NCBI GenBank assembly: GCA_040390045.1
Contig: JAZJZC010000002.1
Location: 101,113-165,112, forward strand
Direction: 5' to 3'
From: Patescibacteria group bacterium
Lineage (GTDB): Bacteria > Patescibacteriota > Minisyncoccia > Phycocordibacterales > SIBU01
DNA: 64,000 bases
Part shown: in pieces, positions 54,811-63,834 of the stretch
Numbering within the stretch: position 1 is the first letter of the stretch
Layout of the letters: each line of letters begins with the position of its first letter
The notes under the pieces: generated by a model
Databases searched by the model: none
What the model was told of the DNA's origin: nothing
The model's input: the letters and a program-made list of their open reading frames with translations, nothing else
Position numbers and translations under genes: made by a program

Positions 54811-55755
54811 TTACGTGATCCTCTTCTGTAAGTCGACTCGGGCTTTTGCGGGGTCTTGATTACCTTTTCTTAGGGTATCGATTATATCCTCTAGTTGTTT
54901 TAAATCTGTCGCTTTTGCCGTCTCATCTGGGGTTCCATTGTAGGTACCAGTTCCGAAATCTATAATGTGAGGTGATAAAGTTTCGTAATCAAACATGATA
55001 TTTCGCAGGCTCAAGTCCCCGTGATAGATTCCTTCTTTGTGTAAAATATCCAACCCATTGCGCAAAGTTTTTTCTGCTGCACCCACATCTATTCTTCGCA
55101 GCGTATCCGGTTCATTTAGGATAATTTTTTCGAGATTTGAACCTTTTATTTTATCCATCAAAAGTAGTGAAAGTTTTTCAGTCACCATGTACATGTCCGG
55201 TGTTCCTTCTTCACCAGTTTCCTCGTGTTTCATTTGCACCACACTGGTGATATTGGGAACAAAATCTTTTAGTCCTGCTCTTGAAGCGATAAGGTGAGCG
55301 GCGTGAGTAATTGTAGCTTCGTACACAGGTCTATTCTGTGGTGTAAAGGCAAAACCCTTTGATACGAACTGTCTTTTTTTCGCTTTAATACCGTCAAAAT
55401 ATTCTTCGACTGCACGTAATTTTTTTGCTGGAGGAGGCAACCGGTCGTATTTTTTGCTCTTTTGATTGACTAGTAATTGGTCCCATACACATTTTATACA
55501 ATATGGTGAGCCGTCTTCTGTTTCAAAAACCAATGCATGGTTGCCGCCATCAAGAAATCTTTTTGGATCAGAAATAATTCGTTCGTATGCCCCTCGGAAA
55601 ATGAGCGCCTCCTCAGATGTTAGTTCTTCCGGAGTAGAAGTGGTTTCGACGCTTTCATTACCTAACACTTCTTTCAGGCGAATAATTTTCCAATCCATTT
55701 CAGAGGTTTCCGCTTTTGCCGGAGTGGTTTCTGTCACTGGTGTTCTTTCGCTCAT
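54811..55755 (-). CDS. atypical protein kinase-like protein (RIO/Bud32/Kdo-kinase-like catalytic motifs)
   Basis: YCIKCV (beta3 Lys), YHGDLSLRNIMFD (catalytic loop HGDLxxxNI) and IIDFGTG (DFG). 314 aa with an acidic N-terminal extension. Colinear with and downstream of thrS. Confidence 0.5.
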   Translation of the reverse strand: MSERTPVTETTPAKAETSEMDWKIIRLKEVLGNESVETTSTPEELTSEEALIFRGAYERIISDPKRFLDGGNHALVFETEDGSPYCIKCVWDQLLVNQKSKKYDRLPPPAKKLRAVEEYFDGIKAKKRQFVSKGFAFTPQNRPVYEATITHAAHLIASRAGLKDFVPNITSVVQMKHEETGEEGTPDMYMVTEKLSLLLMDKIKGSNLEKIILNEPDTLRRIDVGAAEKTLRNGLDILHKEGIYHGDLSLRNIMFDYETLSPHIIDFGTGTYNGTPDETAKATDLKQLEDIIDTLRKGNQDPAKARVDLQKRIT

Positions 55756-55761
55756 AGAAAA

Positions 55762-57516
55762 TTACAGTTTCTTTGTTACTTCACCTTTGAGTTTCGTGAC
55801 AATTTCCGCAACATCAAGTTGGCCTAGGTTTCCTTTGTCGCGACTTTCGAGGGTGACTTTTTCTGCGGCGATGTCTTTGTCACCGATGATTATAAAGTAG
55901 GGAATTTTCATCGATTTAGCTTCGCGGATTTTTTTACCGAAACCTTGATCAGAGTTGTCGAGGTCAACGCGAAGGCCAGCCGCCAAAAGTGCGGTGGCCG
56001 CGCTTTTGGCGGCTTCGTTGTGTTTTTCCTCAATTGGAATAATTTTTACTTGGGTTGGTGCAAGCCAGAGAGGGAAGGCGCCAGCTGTGTGTTCAATCAA
56101 AATACCGATGAAGCGTTCAAGAGAACCATAAATAACTCGATGAACTACCACAGGTGTTTTTCTTGATCCATCTTTGTCGGTATAGTGAAGTTCAAATCGC
56201 AATGGTTGTTGAAAATCAAGTTGAATAGTACCCATTTGCCATTCTCGGCCGATAGAATCCTTCATAAGAATGTCGATTTTTGGGCCGTAAAAAGCACCAT
56301 CGCCTTCAGCCACAATATATGCCTTTTTAGATTTTTCCAATATTTCTCGCAAAGCTTTTTCTGCTTTATCCCAAGTTGTCGCTTCTCCCATGAATTCTTT
56401 TGGTCGAGTTCCCAAACGGAATGAGTATTCAAGATTAAAAATTCCGTAGAAATTTTTACAGACCTCAAAGATATGCTCGTATTCCGCGGCGATCATGTCT
56501 TCCGAAATAAAATTGTGAGAATCGTCTTGTTGAAACGACCGTACTCGTAAAAGTCCGTTTAAAGTTCCGGAACGTTCATAGCGATGAAGTCTGTCTGTAT
56601 CAGAAAGTCGAAGTGGCAATTGCTTATAGCTTACTTGCATAGATTGGAAAACAATCATGGCGTTCGGGCAGTTCATTGGCTTGATGCCATACACTTCATT
56701 TTCGCCCATGTCGGCGATAAACATGTCATCTTTGTAGTGATTCCAATGTCCTGAAGTTTTCCAAAGGTCAGATTTGTTGACGAGTGGGCTTGATATTTCC
56801 TGATACCCAAGTTTGTCGTGTTCAGTTCTCCAGAAATTCACGAGTTCATTGTACAACTTCAAACCATTCGGTAACCAATAAGGCATTCCAGGAGAAGTTT
56901 CGTGGAACATAAAGAGTCCAAGATCCTTTCCGAGTTTTTTATGATCTCGTTTTTTTGCTTCCTCGATTTGTTTCTCGTAGGCTTCAAGTTCAGCGGCAGT
57001 ATTAAAAGCCAAGCCGTAAATGCGGGTAAGCATTTTATTTTTTTCATCACCACGCCAGTAGGCTCCGGCGACACGTTCAAGTTTGAAAGAACTTTTGTCG
57101 ATATCTTGGGCTGGGTTTTCTGCGTGGCCGCCACGACAGAGATCGGTAAATTTTCCGACAGTATAGAGGGTTATTTTCTCGCCTTTCGCAGCAATTTCTT
57201 TTATGAGTTCGAGTTTGTACGGGTTTCCCTTGTAGATCTCGCTGGCCTCTTTTTCTGAAACTTCCTTGTGAGAAAAAGCCTTCCAAGATTTCAAAGTTTC
57301 CCGCATTTTCTTTTCGATTTTTTGCAGTTCCTTATCCGATATAGGCGCGCTAAATTCAAAATCGTAATAGAAACCATTATCAATGGCTGGTCCAATGGTC
57401 AGTTTTGTATCTGGCCACAACTCCTGTACAGACGCTCCCAAAAGATGGGCGAGAGTGTGTCTCGCATGCGCTAATTTTTCCAAACTACTTTCATTTGTTT
57501 CTTTTGGCGAATTCAT
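55762..57516 (-). CDS. thrS: threonine-tRNA ligase (N-terminally short form)
   Basis: Class II motifs (FHETSPGMPYWLPNG; HRVIYGSLERFIGILIEH) and C-terminal anticodon-binding domain. Preferred start MNSPKETNE (57516). The upstream ATG 57561 overlaps the neighbouring TTGACA box. Confidence 0.85.
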   Translation of the reverse strand: MNSPKETNESSLEKLAHARHTLAHLLGASVQELWPDTKLTIGPAIDNGFYYDFEFSAPISDKELQKIEKKMRETLKSWKAFSHKEVSEKEASEIYKGNPYKLELIKEIAAKGEKITLYTVGKFTDLCRGGHAENPAQDIDKSSFKLERVAGAYWRGDEKNKMLTRIYGLAFNTAAELEAYEKQIEEAKKRDHKKLGKDLGLFMFHETSPGMPYWLPNGLKLYNELVNFWRTEHDKLGYQEISSPLVNKSDLWKTSGHWNHYKDDMFIADMGENEVYGIKPMNCPNAMIVFQSMQVSYKQLPLRLSDTDRLHRYERSGTLNGLLRVRSFQQDDSHNFISEDMIAAEYEHIFEVCKNFYGIFNLEYSFRLGTRPKEFMGEATTWDKAEKALREILEKSKKAYIVAEGDGAFYGPKIDILMKDSIGREWQMGTIQLDFQQPLRFELHYTDKDGSRKTPVVVHRVIYGSLERFIGILIEHTAGAFPLWLAPTQVKIIPIEEKHNEAAKSAATALLAAGLRVDLDNSDQGFGKKIREAKSMKIPYFIIIGDKDIAAEKVTLESRDKGNLGQLDVAEIVTKLKGEVTKKL

Positions 57517-57554
57517 CGAGCAATCATAACAGTTTTGTAAAAAGCTCGCACCTA

Positions 57555-57583
57555 TTGACATTAGTAAAATAATGTGTAAGTGT
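57555..57583 (+). promoter_or_regulatory. conserved promoter/operator motif TTGACATtAgTAAAATAATGTGTAAgT (copy 1, upstream of the NUDIX gene)
   Basis: 23 of 26 positions identical to the motif at 58156-58184. Confidence 0.45.
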
Positions 57584-57614
57584 TATCGGCAGTTTAGCGT
57601 TCGATTGAAATTTT

Positions 57615-58118
57615 ATGTCCAAACATTCATGTGTTGGGATAGCTTTCCGGTTACGATCAGGAGCATCGGTAGCCAGAGCTGAGGTTATGCTCGTTTGCCA
57701 AGGTGTTAGGGAAGGTGACAGCAAAGAGCCATGGCACTGGCAATTGCCGGGCGGCAAATGTTGCAAAGACAAAACCAAAGGGGACAATTGTTGCCCTGAG
57801 GAGCCAGTTGTCACGATGGCGCGCGAGTGGGGAGAGGAAGTCGGGGGAACAATTCGCATTGTCAAAGAGGTGCGAGCTGATCATCGGAAAAGTCCGATAA
57901 GTGGGGAACCCTTCATCTGGTACGTCTACCTTGTGGAAATTCTTGAACTCCCGACGGTTAATGAGGTGACACTAGCGGGGGAGCAATCACCACAGTGGTG
58001 GCCGGTGCAAAATTTACCGGAAAATCTGTTTCCATCGCACCGGTCGGTCATCTGTCGTACCTTTGCATACGTTAGCTTCAACAAACTCTTTACGACGGGT
58101 GTTTTGGTGACTCAATAA
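57615..58118 (+). CDS. NUDIX hydrolase with Cys-rich insertion
   Basis: Nudix box ...PGGK[CCKDKTKGDNCC]PEEPVVTMAREWGEEVGG (REx2EExG). About 50% GC. Confidence 0.5.
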   Translation: MSKHSCVGIAFRLRSGASVARAEVMLVCQGVREGDSKEPWHWQLPGGKCCKDKTKGDNCCPEEPVVTMAREWGEEVGGTIRIVKEVRADHRKSPISGEPFIWYVYLVEILELPTVNEVTLAGEQSPQWWPVQNLPENLFPSHRSVICRTFAYVSFNKLFTTGVLVTQ

Positions 58119-58155
58119 TTTTTCAGGCCCTTCAATTTATTTGGAGGGCTTTTTC

Positions 58156-58184
58156 TTGACATAATTAAAATAATGTGTAAATAT
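58156..58184 (+). promoter_or_regulatory. conserved promoter/operator motif TTGACATaAtTAAAATAATGTGTAAaT (copy 2, TTGACA-N17-AAATAT)
   Basis: Upstream of the ndk-like gene. A weak terminator hairpin precedes it at 58128-58155. Confidence 0.45.
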
Positions 58185-58216
58185 CCGCTTTAGTACACAT
58201 TGCAGAAAGGCTTTTT

Positions 58217-58687
58217 GTGGTAATGCAACGAAGCACGTTTTTCATTAAACCGGAGGCGGAGAGGTTTTCCAAACAGATTCTCGGGTTGATTGAGGCTTCG
58301 GGGTTGAGAATCGTTCGGAGAGACCGATTTCGTCTTACGGAAAAAGTTTTACGAACACTCTATCATCGACTGACCCTCGATGAGGAACATCGGTTAATTT
58401 GGGAACAAACCCAACAACAGCTTATCGGTCAGGAGGTGGTGATGGGGATTGTCGAAGGTGAAGGCGCGATCGATCGGTTGTTCTTTTTGTGTGGCGAATC
58501 GACTGTGCCAAGCAAGTGCAACTCAAAGAGTATTCGGTTTTATTTTGCCGATGCGATAAAGCTCCAGCCGGTTAGTTGTGGTAAATACTTTTATTGGGCT
58601 AACGGCATCCACCGCGCCAAAACTCCAGACGAAGTTAAGCGAGATCTCGGGCTCTTTTTCCCCGATGAGTTGCAAGCAGTAAGTTGA
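58217..58687 (+). CDS. divergent nucleoside-diphosphate-kinase-like protein
   Basis: STFFIKPEAERFSKQILGLIE ... NGIHRAKTPDEVKRDLGLFF parallels the NDK N-terminus and the NIIHGSDS...EIxLWF C-terminus. About 50% GC. Confidence 0.45.
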   Translation: MVMQRSTFFIKPEAERFSKQILGLIEASGLRIVRRDRFRLTEKVLRTLYHRLTLDEEHRLIWEQTQQQLIGQEVVMGIVEGEGAIDRLFFLCGESTVPSKCNSKSIRFYFADAIKLQPVSCGKYFYWANGIHRAKTPDEVKRDLGLFFPDELQAVS

Positions 58688-58741
58688 ACAGTCCAAGTCG
58701 GGCTGTTTTTTATTTTTCTTATACACGCCACAAAAACCTCA

Positions 58742-59161
58742 ATGTGGGTTATAATTCTTCACATGAGGCTCGTTCAAGTTCTCTGGTTTTATATTTTGTG
58801 GCACTATACGAAATCCTGGCAGGATGTCTTTCGAGTGATTTCAAACTATCTCTGGTTTGTCAGTAATTATTTTTCCATACAACTATTATCGAGAACGCTG
58901 TTTTCTCCGTGGCGCAGACTCTCTCTTTCTGGTGGCAAGGGTCAGGAGGATAGTTTTGTCGGAGCCTTACTCGTCAATACCATAATGAGAGTGGTTGGTT
59001 TTCTTATTCGATCTCTCACTATTTTCGCTGGTTGCATTGCGCTCCTACTCTCGGTTTTTGTCGCTGGCATATTTTTAATTTTGTGGCTCATTTTCCCGGT
59101 CGCTGTCTTTTTCTTATTTTTTGGAGGTTTGGGGAAAGTTTTGCAGGGTTTGTTGGGATGA
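58742..59161 (+). CDS. hypothetical polytopic membrane protein, translationally coupled to the downstream Clp-like gene
   Basis: 139 aa with four hydrophobic helices. Its TGA stop overlaps the ATG of the next gene (ATGA at 59158-59161). Confidence 0.4.
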   Translation: MWVIILHMRLVQVLWFYILWHYTKSWQDVFRVISNYLWFVSNYFSIQLLSRTLFSPWRRLSLSGGKGQEDSFVGALLVNTIMRVVGFLIRSLTIFAGCIALLLSVFVAGIFLILWLIFPVAVFFLFFGGLGKVLQGLLG

Positions 59162-61683
59162 TTAATTACGTTATGAACCAAGACGGCATTAAAAAATCAA
59201 TAGACAATTTTTATCCCGCGATTGTATTCGATGCGTTTTTGAGTCGACAGACCAGAGAATCTATCGACCGGATTTTGAAAACATTTTTAATTTTGCTCTG
59301 TATTCCAGTGGCCTTTTGTATTCTGATTTCGATTGTTGAGCATTTTTCCTCGCAATATTCTTTTTTGGTTTTTCCAGCACAGGTTTCTTTTTGGGTTCAT
59401 CAAGTGACTGATCGATCCGATTTAATTTACGGAGTTTTCATGATGTTCCTATCTGTTTGGCTAATTTCGCAAGCCTTTCGGGCGTTTTACTATTCCTATT
59501 ATTTCAAAGGTTTTAAAACAAGAATGCCTGAGAGTCATTTGTCAGATGAGGCGCCAGCCATGACGTTCGAAGCGGCAAAAGTTTTATATGAATCCTATTC
59601 TTGTGGCGATTTGACTATGGGTTTTGTCAGATCAGATTTAGGTTTTCTTTCTTTAATTCGTTCGGGTGTTGGCAGAGATTTTCTAAACAATTTTTTTGCG
59701 CACCGGGTTGGAGTGGCGGATCCTTTGCATTGTTCGTTTAGTAAAAAGCCGGAAGAAGGTCCGGTGGGTCTCGCTGATGTTGCAGAAGCCCTTGCATCGA
59801 TGGATCAAGAATTTATGAAAGCTCTTGCGTTACAGGAAATTTCACCGAGAGATTTTTCCGGCGCGGCGCATTGGGTGGAACGGACAGAAATTTTTTTCCG
59901 AAGTCGAGACAGATTTTGGGGCAAGGATTCACTCGGGAAAATTCCTGGTATTGGCAAAGACTGGGCGTACGGCGGTTCTTACACGTTAGAAAAATTTGCG
60001 CATGATATTACGGAACGGGAAATTAGCGAGGAGGATGTGCGAAGTCACGAGAAAGAACTCGAGGAACTGGAAGCGGTACTCGCGCGCACCGGAGAGTCCA
60101 ACGTGCTTTTGGTGGCGGAAGAAGGCGGGGGAGCGCTTGATGTGGTGTTTGCCTTGGGCACAAAAATTTCTCGAGGAAATGTTTTGCCGGCGCTCGAACA
60201 TAAACGTCTATATCTTTTTGACACCAACGCATTTATCGCTTTTGTTAAGATCAAGGCAAAATTTGAATTTGAATTGTTACATATTTTAAACGAATCGGTT
60301 CATTCAGGTCACGTGATTTTTGTTGTTTCCGATTTGCCCAATTTTGTGGAGAGCGCAAAAAGTTTAGGTTCCGATGTCCTAGCGCTTCTTGATCCGTACT
60401 TGGCCCTGCCAAAGTTTCAGATGATTGCTATCTCAGACACTGGGGCTTTTCACCAAGGGCTCGAAGAGCAGGGAAAAATTTTGCACCGGTTTGAAAAAGT
60501 GTTGGTACAGGAGCGAGATGTGGCATCGACGATGAAAGTTTTGGAAGATCGAGCAATTTTGGAAGAGGGAAAGGGTGATGTTTATTTTACATACCAAAGT
60601 TTGGAGGCTGTGGCTGACGGAGCGAAACGATATTTTACTGAAGGTGTACTTTCCGACAAGGCGTTGCACCTTTTGGCAGAACTGGTGCCAGCCGTTGAAG
60701 CCAAAGGAAAAAAGTTTGTTGAGCGAGCCGATGTTTTGAGTTTGATTCAATCAAAAACTGGCATCAAAACTGGCGCTATCGCAGGGCAGGAAAAAGACAC
60801 ACTGTTAAATCTTGAGGCTATTTTGCACAAACGCGTTGTCGGTCAGGAAGAGGCGGTGAAAGTTATTTCGGATTCAATGCGTCGCGCTCGATCGGATATC
60901 GAAAATCCAGAACGTCCGATGGGTTCATTCTTGTTTTTAGGGCCGACAGGTGTTGGAAAAACTGAAACTACCAAAGCGTTGGCCGCAGTCTTTTTTGGCA
61001 ACGAAGATTCTATTATTCGATTCGATATGTCCGAGTTCCATTCGCCTGACGCCATCACGCGGCTTATTGGATCATCTGAAAGTGGCAAGGCAGGAGTGCT
61101 GTCGTCAAAACTGCGCGAACAATCCTACGGAGTTTTGCTTCTCGATGAATTTGAAAAAGCGAACAGTGAAGTGCACAATCTTTTTCTCCAGATTTTAGAC
61201 GAAGGATTTTTCTCAGACATGTCAGGCAAAAAAGTGAATGCCAGAAATCTTATTATCGTCGCCACTTCAAACGCGGGGAGCGATTTAATTTGGAAATTGA
61301 TGCAAGAAGGGAAGGATTTGACGGCCAACAAAAATGAAGTGATTAATGCGATTATCGGTCAGGGAGTTTTCAAGCCGGAACTTCTGAACCGATTTGATGG
61401 CGTGGTACTGTTCCACCCACTTTCTCCCGCGCACTTACAAAAAATTGCCAATTTTATGTTGCAAAAATTACAAAAGCGTTTGGCGGAAAAGGGAATTGAA
61501 CTGGTGATTAATGATGTACTTTTGGCGGCGGTGATGAAGGCGGGAGTTGATCCACAATTCGGTGCGCGTCCGATGAACCGCGCTATTCAAGAAAAAGTGG
61601 AGCAGGCGGTGGCGCAGAGAATGATTGCGGGAACGGCGAAGTCGGGAACGAGAGTTGAGTTAACACCTGAGGAATTGGTATAA
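59158..61683 (+). CDS. membrane-anchored Clp/Hsp100-like AAA+ protein with degenerate D1 and intact D2 ATPase domain
   Basis: Start MINYVMNQDG. N-terminal TM helices. D1 scaffold retained (RYFTEGVLSDKALHLLAEL) but Walker A lost. D2 has GPTGVGKTETTKALA, LLLDEFEKA, sensor motifs and the ClpB_D2-small domain. Confidence 0.65.
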   Translation: MINYVMNQDGIKKSIDNFYPAIVFDAFLSRQTRESIDRILKTFLILLCIPVAFCILISIVEHFSSQYSFLVFPAQVSFWVHQVTDRSDLIYGVFMMFLSVWLISQAFRAFYYSYYFKGFKTRMPESHLSDEAPAMTFEAAKVLYESYSCGDLTMGFVRSDLGFLSLIRSGVGRDFLNNFFAHRVGVADPLHCSFSKKPEEGPVGLADVAEALASMDQEFMKALALQEISPRDFSGAAHWVERTEIFFRSRDRFWGKDSLGKIPGIGKDWAYGGSYTLEKFAHDITEREISEEDVRSHEKELEELEAVLARTGESNVLLVAEEGGGALDVVFALGTKISRGNVLPALEHKRLYLFDTNAFIAFVKIKAKFEFELLHILNESVHSGHVIFVVSDLPNFVESAKSLGSDVLALLDPYLALPKFQMIAISDTGAFHQGLEEQGKILHRFEKVLVQERDVASTMKVLEDRAILEEGKGDVYFTYQSLEAVADGAKRYFTEGVLSDKALHLLAELVPAVEAKGKKFVERADVLSLIQSKTGIKTGAIAGQEKDTLLNLEAILHKRVVGQEEAVKVISDSMRRARSDIENPERPMGSFLFLGPTGVGKTETTKALAAVFFGNEDSIIRFDMSEFHSPDAITRLIGSSESGKAGVLSSKLREQSYGVLLLDEFEKANSEVHNLFLQILDEGFFSDMSGKKVNARNLIIVATSNAGSDLIWKLMQEGKDLTANKNEVINAIIGQGVFKPELLNRFDGVVLFHPLSPAHLQKIANFMLQKLQKRLAEKGIELVINDVLLAAVMKAGVDPQFGARPMNRAIQEKVEQAVAQRMIAGTAKSGTRVELTPEELV

Positions 61684-61685
61684 AA

Positions 61686-61712
61686 AAACTCTTCCCACAA
61701 GGAAAGAGTTAC
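61686..61712. terminator. imperfect bidirectional hairpin (aactcttcccacaaggaaagagtt)
   Basis: Lies between convergent genes. Confidence 0.35.
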
Positions 61713-62260
61713 TCATTCAAGGTCGCACGAGGTGGTCCGCCCAACCTTCGAGCCTCAAGGGTCCTTAAATCTTTTCCGGTCGCCGGTAGTTCGACTGCAG
61801 GAGCGTTGGTTGTTTGCGGCGAATTGAGATCGCTGAGATCAACCAAGGAAACTCCAGTGTCATCCTTGTTTGCCACAACGACATGGCCCACTATAGATGC
61901 CGGCACCGACCGCGAAAGGTTGTATATTTTGCTTTCGCCATTCGGTGAGAACTCTTTGCTTCCTGGATTGAGTTCCAAGGGTTGGAGTCCGACGAGATAG
62001 TCGAAGCTGGTTGATCCCCGGTTGCGAAAGGCAAAAGTCACTTTGTAAAAGCCTTTCTGCTCGAGAGCGGTCTCGGGTGCAGGTAACCCTAGGTGTTCTT
62101 TTTTTTCGTGTACTCCCAACAAAAGTACTAAAAATAGTTGAGCTAAGACTCCCAAGCCGACGGGGATAATTCGATTGGGGCGGCCTTCGAGACGTGAAGC
62201 AAAAACTATGTACAGTGAAGTCGCGGCAATTCCTAGCAAGAGTAAGTTATATGAGTTCAT
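61709..62260 (-). CDS. hypothetical membrane protein
   Basis: 183 aa with two N-terminal TM helices. Confidence 0.35.
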   Translation of the reverse strand: MNSYNLLLLGIAATSLYIVFASRLEGRPNRIIPVGLGVLAQLFLVLLLGVHEKKEHLGLPAPETALEQKGFYKVTFAFRNRGSTSFDYLVGLQPLELNPGSKEFSPNGESKIYNLSRSVPASIVGHVVVANKDDTGVSLVDLSDLNSPQTTNAPAVELPATGKDLRTLEARRLGGPPRATLNE

Positions 62261-62369
62261 TTTTTACGATTCAAATTTCTTCTGTTTTCCACACTACTAT
62301 TTAATTTGGTTTTTGTCAAATAATTTGTCAAAAAAATGCCCCGATGGACATCGGGACAACCTTGAGAAT

Positions 62370-62723
62370 TTACGGCTCGAGAAGCGGTTGGTTTAAGCTG
62401 TTTGCCAGTTCACGCAGAGTAACCACAGCAGAATCAATTTGAACAACTAGCCCGCAAGTTTGGCAATGCAAAACCCTGACGAGTGGGGAACGATTTACCA
62501 ACTGTATCCTTCCTGGTGCACACGAGTGGGCAAAGGTACTCTCTGCAATTGTCCGGATTTGCCGCACCTCGTGGGTATTTGTCTCGAGTGGTTTTCCCCA
62601 AACAAGAAGGTCTCCATCGCCGTTTGGCAGTCTGATTTTGGCGATGAGCCGCTGGCCTCCATTTTGTCTTTGCATAATCTTGGATCTGAAACTTTCGGCA
62701 CTGTAACACGACCTTTTCCGCAT
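62370..62723 (-). CDS. hypothetical protein
   Basis: 117-aa ORF with no recognised motif. Confidence 0.25.
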   Translation of the reverse strand: MRKRSCYSAESFRSKIMQRQNGGQRLIAKIRLPNGDGDLLVWGKPLETNTHEVRQIRTIAESTFAHSCAPGRIQLVNRSPLVRVLHCQTCGLVVQIDSAVVTLRELANSLNQPLLEP

Positions 62724-62742
62724 ATCAAATAGGTGTGGTAGA

Positions 62743-63750
62743 GTGTCGTTTATGAATCAAGGATTTTGGGAAAAATTGAAGAAACCTATTATGGTCTTGG
62801 CGCCAATGGCGGATGTGACTGATGCGGCCTTTCGACGTTTAATAGCAAAATATGGTCGGCCGGACGTTACCTGGACTGAGTTTGTTTCGGCCGATGGACT
62901 TTGTCACCCCGATGGAAGAAAAAAACTTTTGATTGATTTGGCGTACACTGAAGCTGAACGTCCGATCGTGGCCCAGCTTTTTTCTGGCAATCCGGAAAAA
63001 ATGTTTGAAGCGGCAAAGCTTGTTCGTGAGCTCGGTTTCGACGGGCTTGATATCAATATGGGCTGTCCTGATCGTTCGATTGAAAAATCCGGCGCGGGAG
63101 CAATTTTAATTAAAAATCCCGCCCAAGCTAGGGCTGTAATTCGTGCAGCCAAGGAGGGCGCGGGAGGATTACCGGTGTCGGTCAAAACCCGCATTGGATA
63201 TAACAAAAATGAATTGGAAACTTGGCTTCCAGAACTTTTGGAAGAACATCCGGCGGTAGTCACGATTCACGCGCGAACTCGAAAAGAAATGTCGCTTGTG
63301 CCTGCGCGTTGGGAGCATGTGAAGCGGGCGGTAGAAATTCGCAACGAATTAAAAAGTGAGACGCTGATTTTTGGCAATGGTGATGTTTTAAATTTAGATG
63401 ATGCTCGGGCCAAGGTGCACGAAACTGGATGCGATGGGGTGATGCTTGGGAGGGCAATTTTTGGCAACCCGTTTCTTTTTTCTGACTTAAGAAAAAAGAA
63501 ACGTCCTGAGGCTTCCGAAGGGCAGCCACAAATGGAAAGTGTGTCTGGACGTCTTCAAGTAATGCTCGAACACACCAAACTTTTCGATGAACTTTTTCAT
63601 GGTATTAAAAATTTCGCCATTATGAAAAAACATTATAAAGCGTACGTTCAGGGTTTTGATGGATCAAAGGAGTTACGAATTAAACTGATGGAGGCGGAAA
63701 ATGTGGCTGATGTTGAGAGGGTGGTAACGGAGTATCTCAAAAGTCTATAG
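62743..63750 (+). CDS. dus: tRNA-dihydrouridine synthase
   Basis: MVLAPMADVTDAAFRRL ... DGLDINMGCPDRSIEKSGAGAILIKNP (FMN-binding TIM barrel; catalytic Cys in GCP). Confidence 0.85.
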   Translation: MSFMNQGFWEKLKKPIMVLAPMADVTDAAFRRLIAKYGRPDVTWTEFVSADGLCHPDGRKKLLIDLAYTEAERPIVAQLFSGNPEKMFEAAKLVRELGFDGLDINMGCPDRSIEKSGAGAILIKNPAQARAVIRAAKEGAGGLPVSVKTRIGYNKNELETWLPELLEEHPAVVTIHARTRKEMSLVPARWEHVKRAVEIRNELKSETLIFGNGDVLNLDDARAKVHETGCDGVMLGRAIFGNPFLFSDLRKKKRPEASEGQPQMESVSGRLQVMLEHTKLFDELFHGIKNFAIMKKHYKAYVQGFDGSKELRIKLMEAENVADVERVVTEYLKSL

Positions 63751-63834
63751 GTTGTTGTTTGTTACGGTGACTTGTGTTATTTTGCTTTTTCTTGTAAAAT
63801 GTCGTTCTTGCTTTAAGGTGATGGCAAATCAAAT

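Noticed and set aside
62460-62732. Plus-strand 90-aa ORF overlapping the minus-strand 62370-62723 ORF
   Set aside because: The two overlap almost entirely and neither has a recognisable motif. Only one, low-confidence, was listed. Coding status of both is doubtful.
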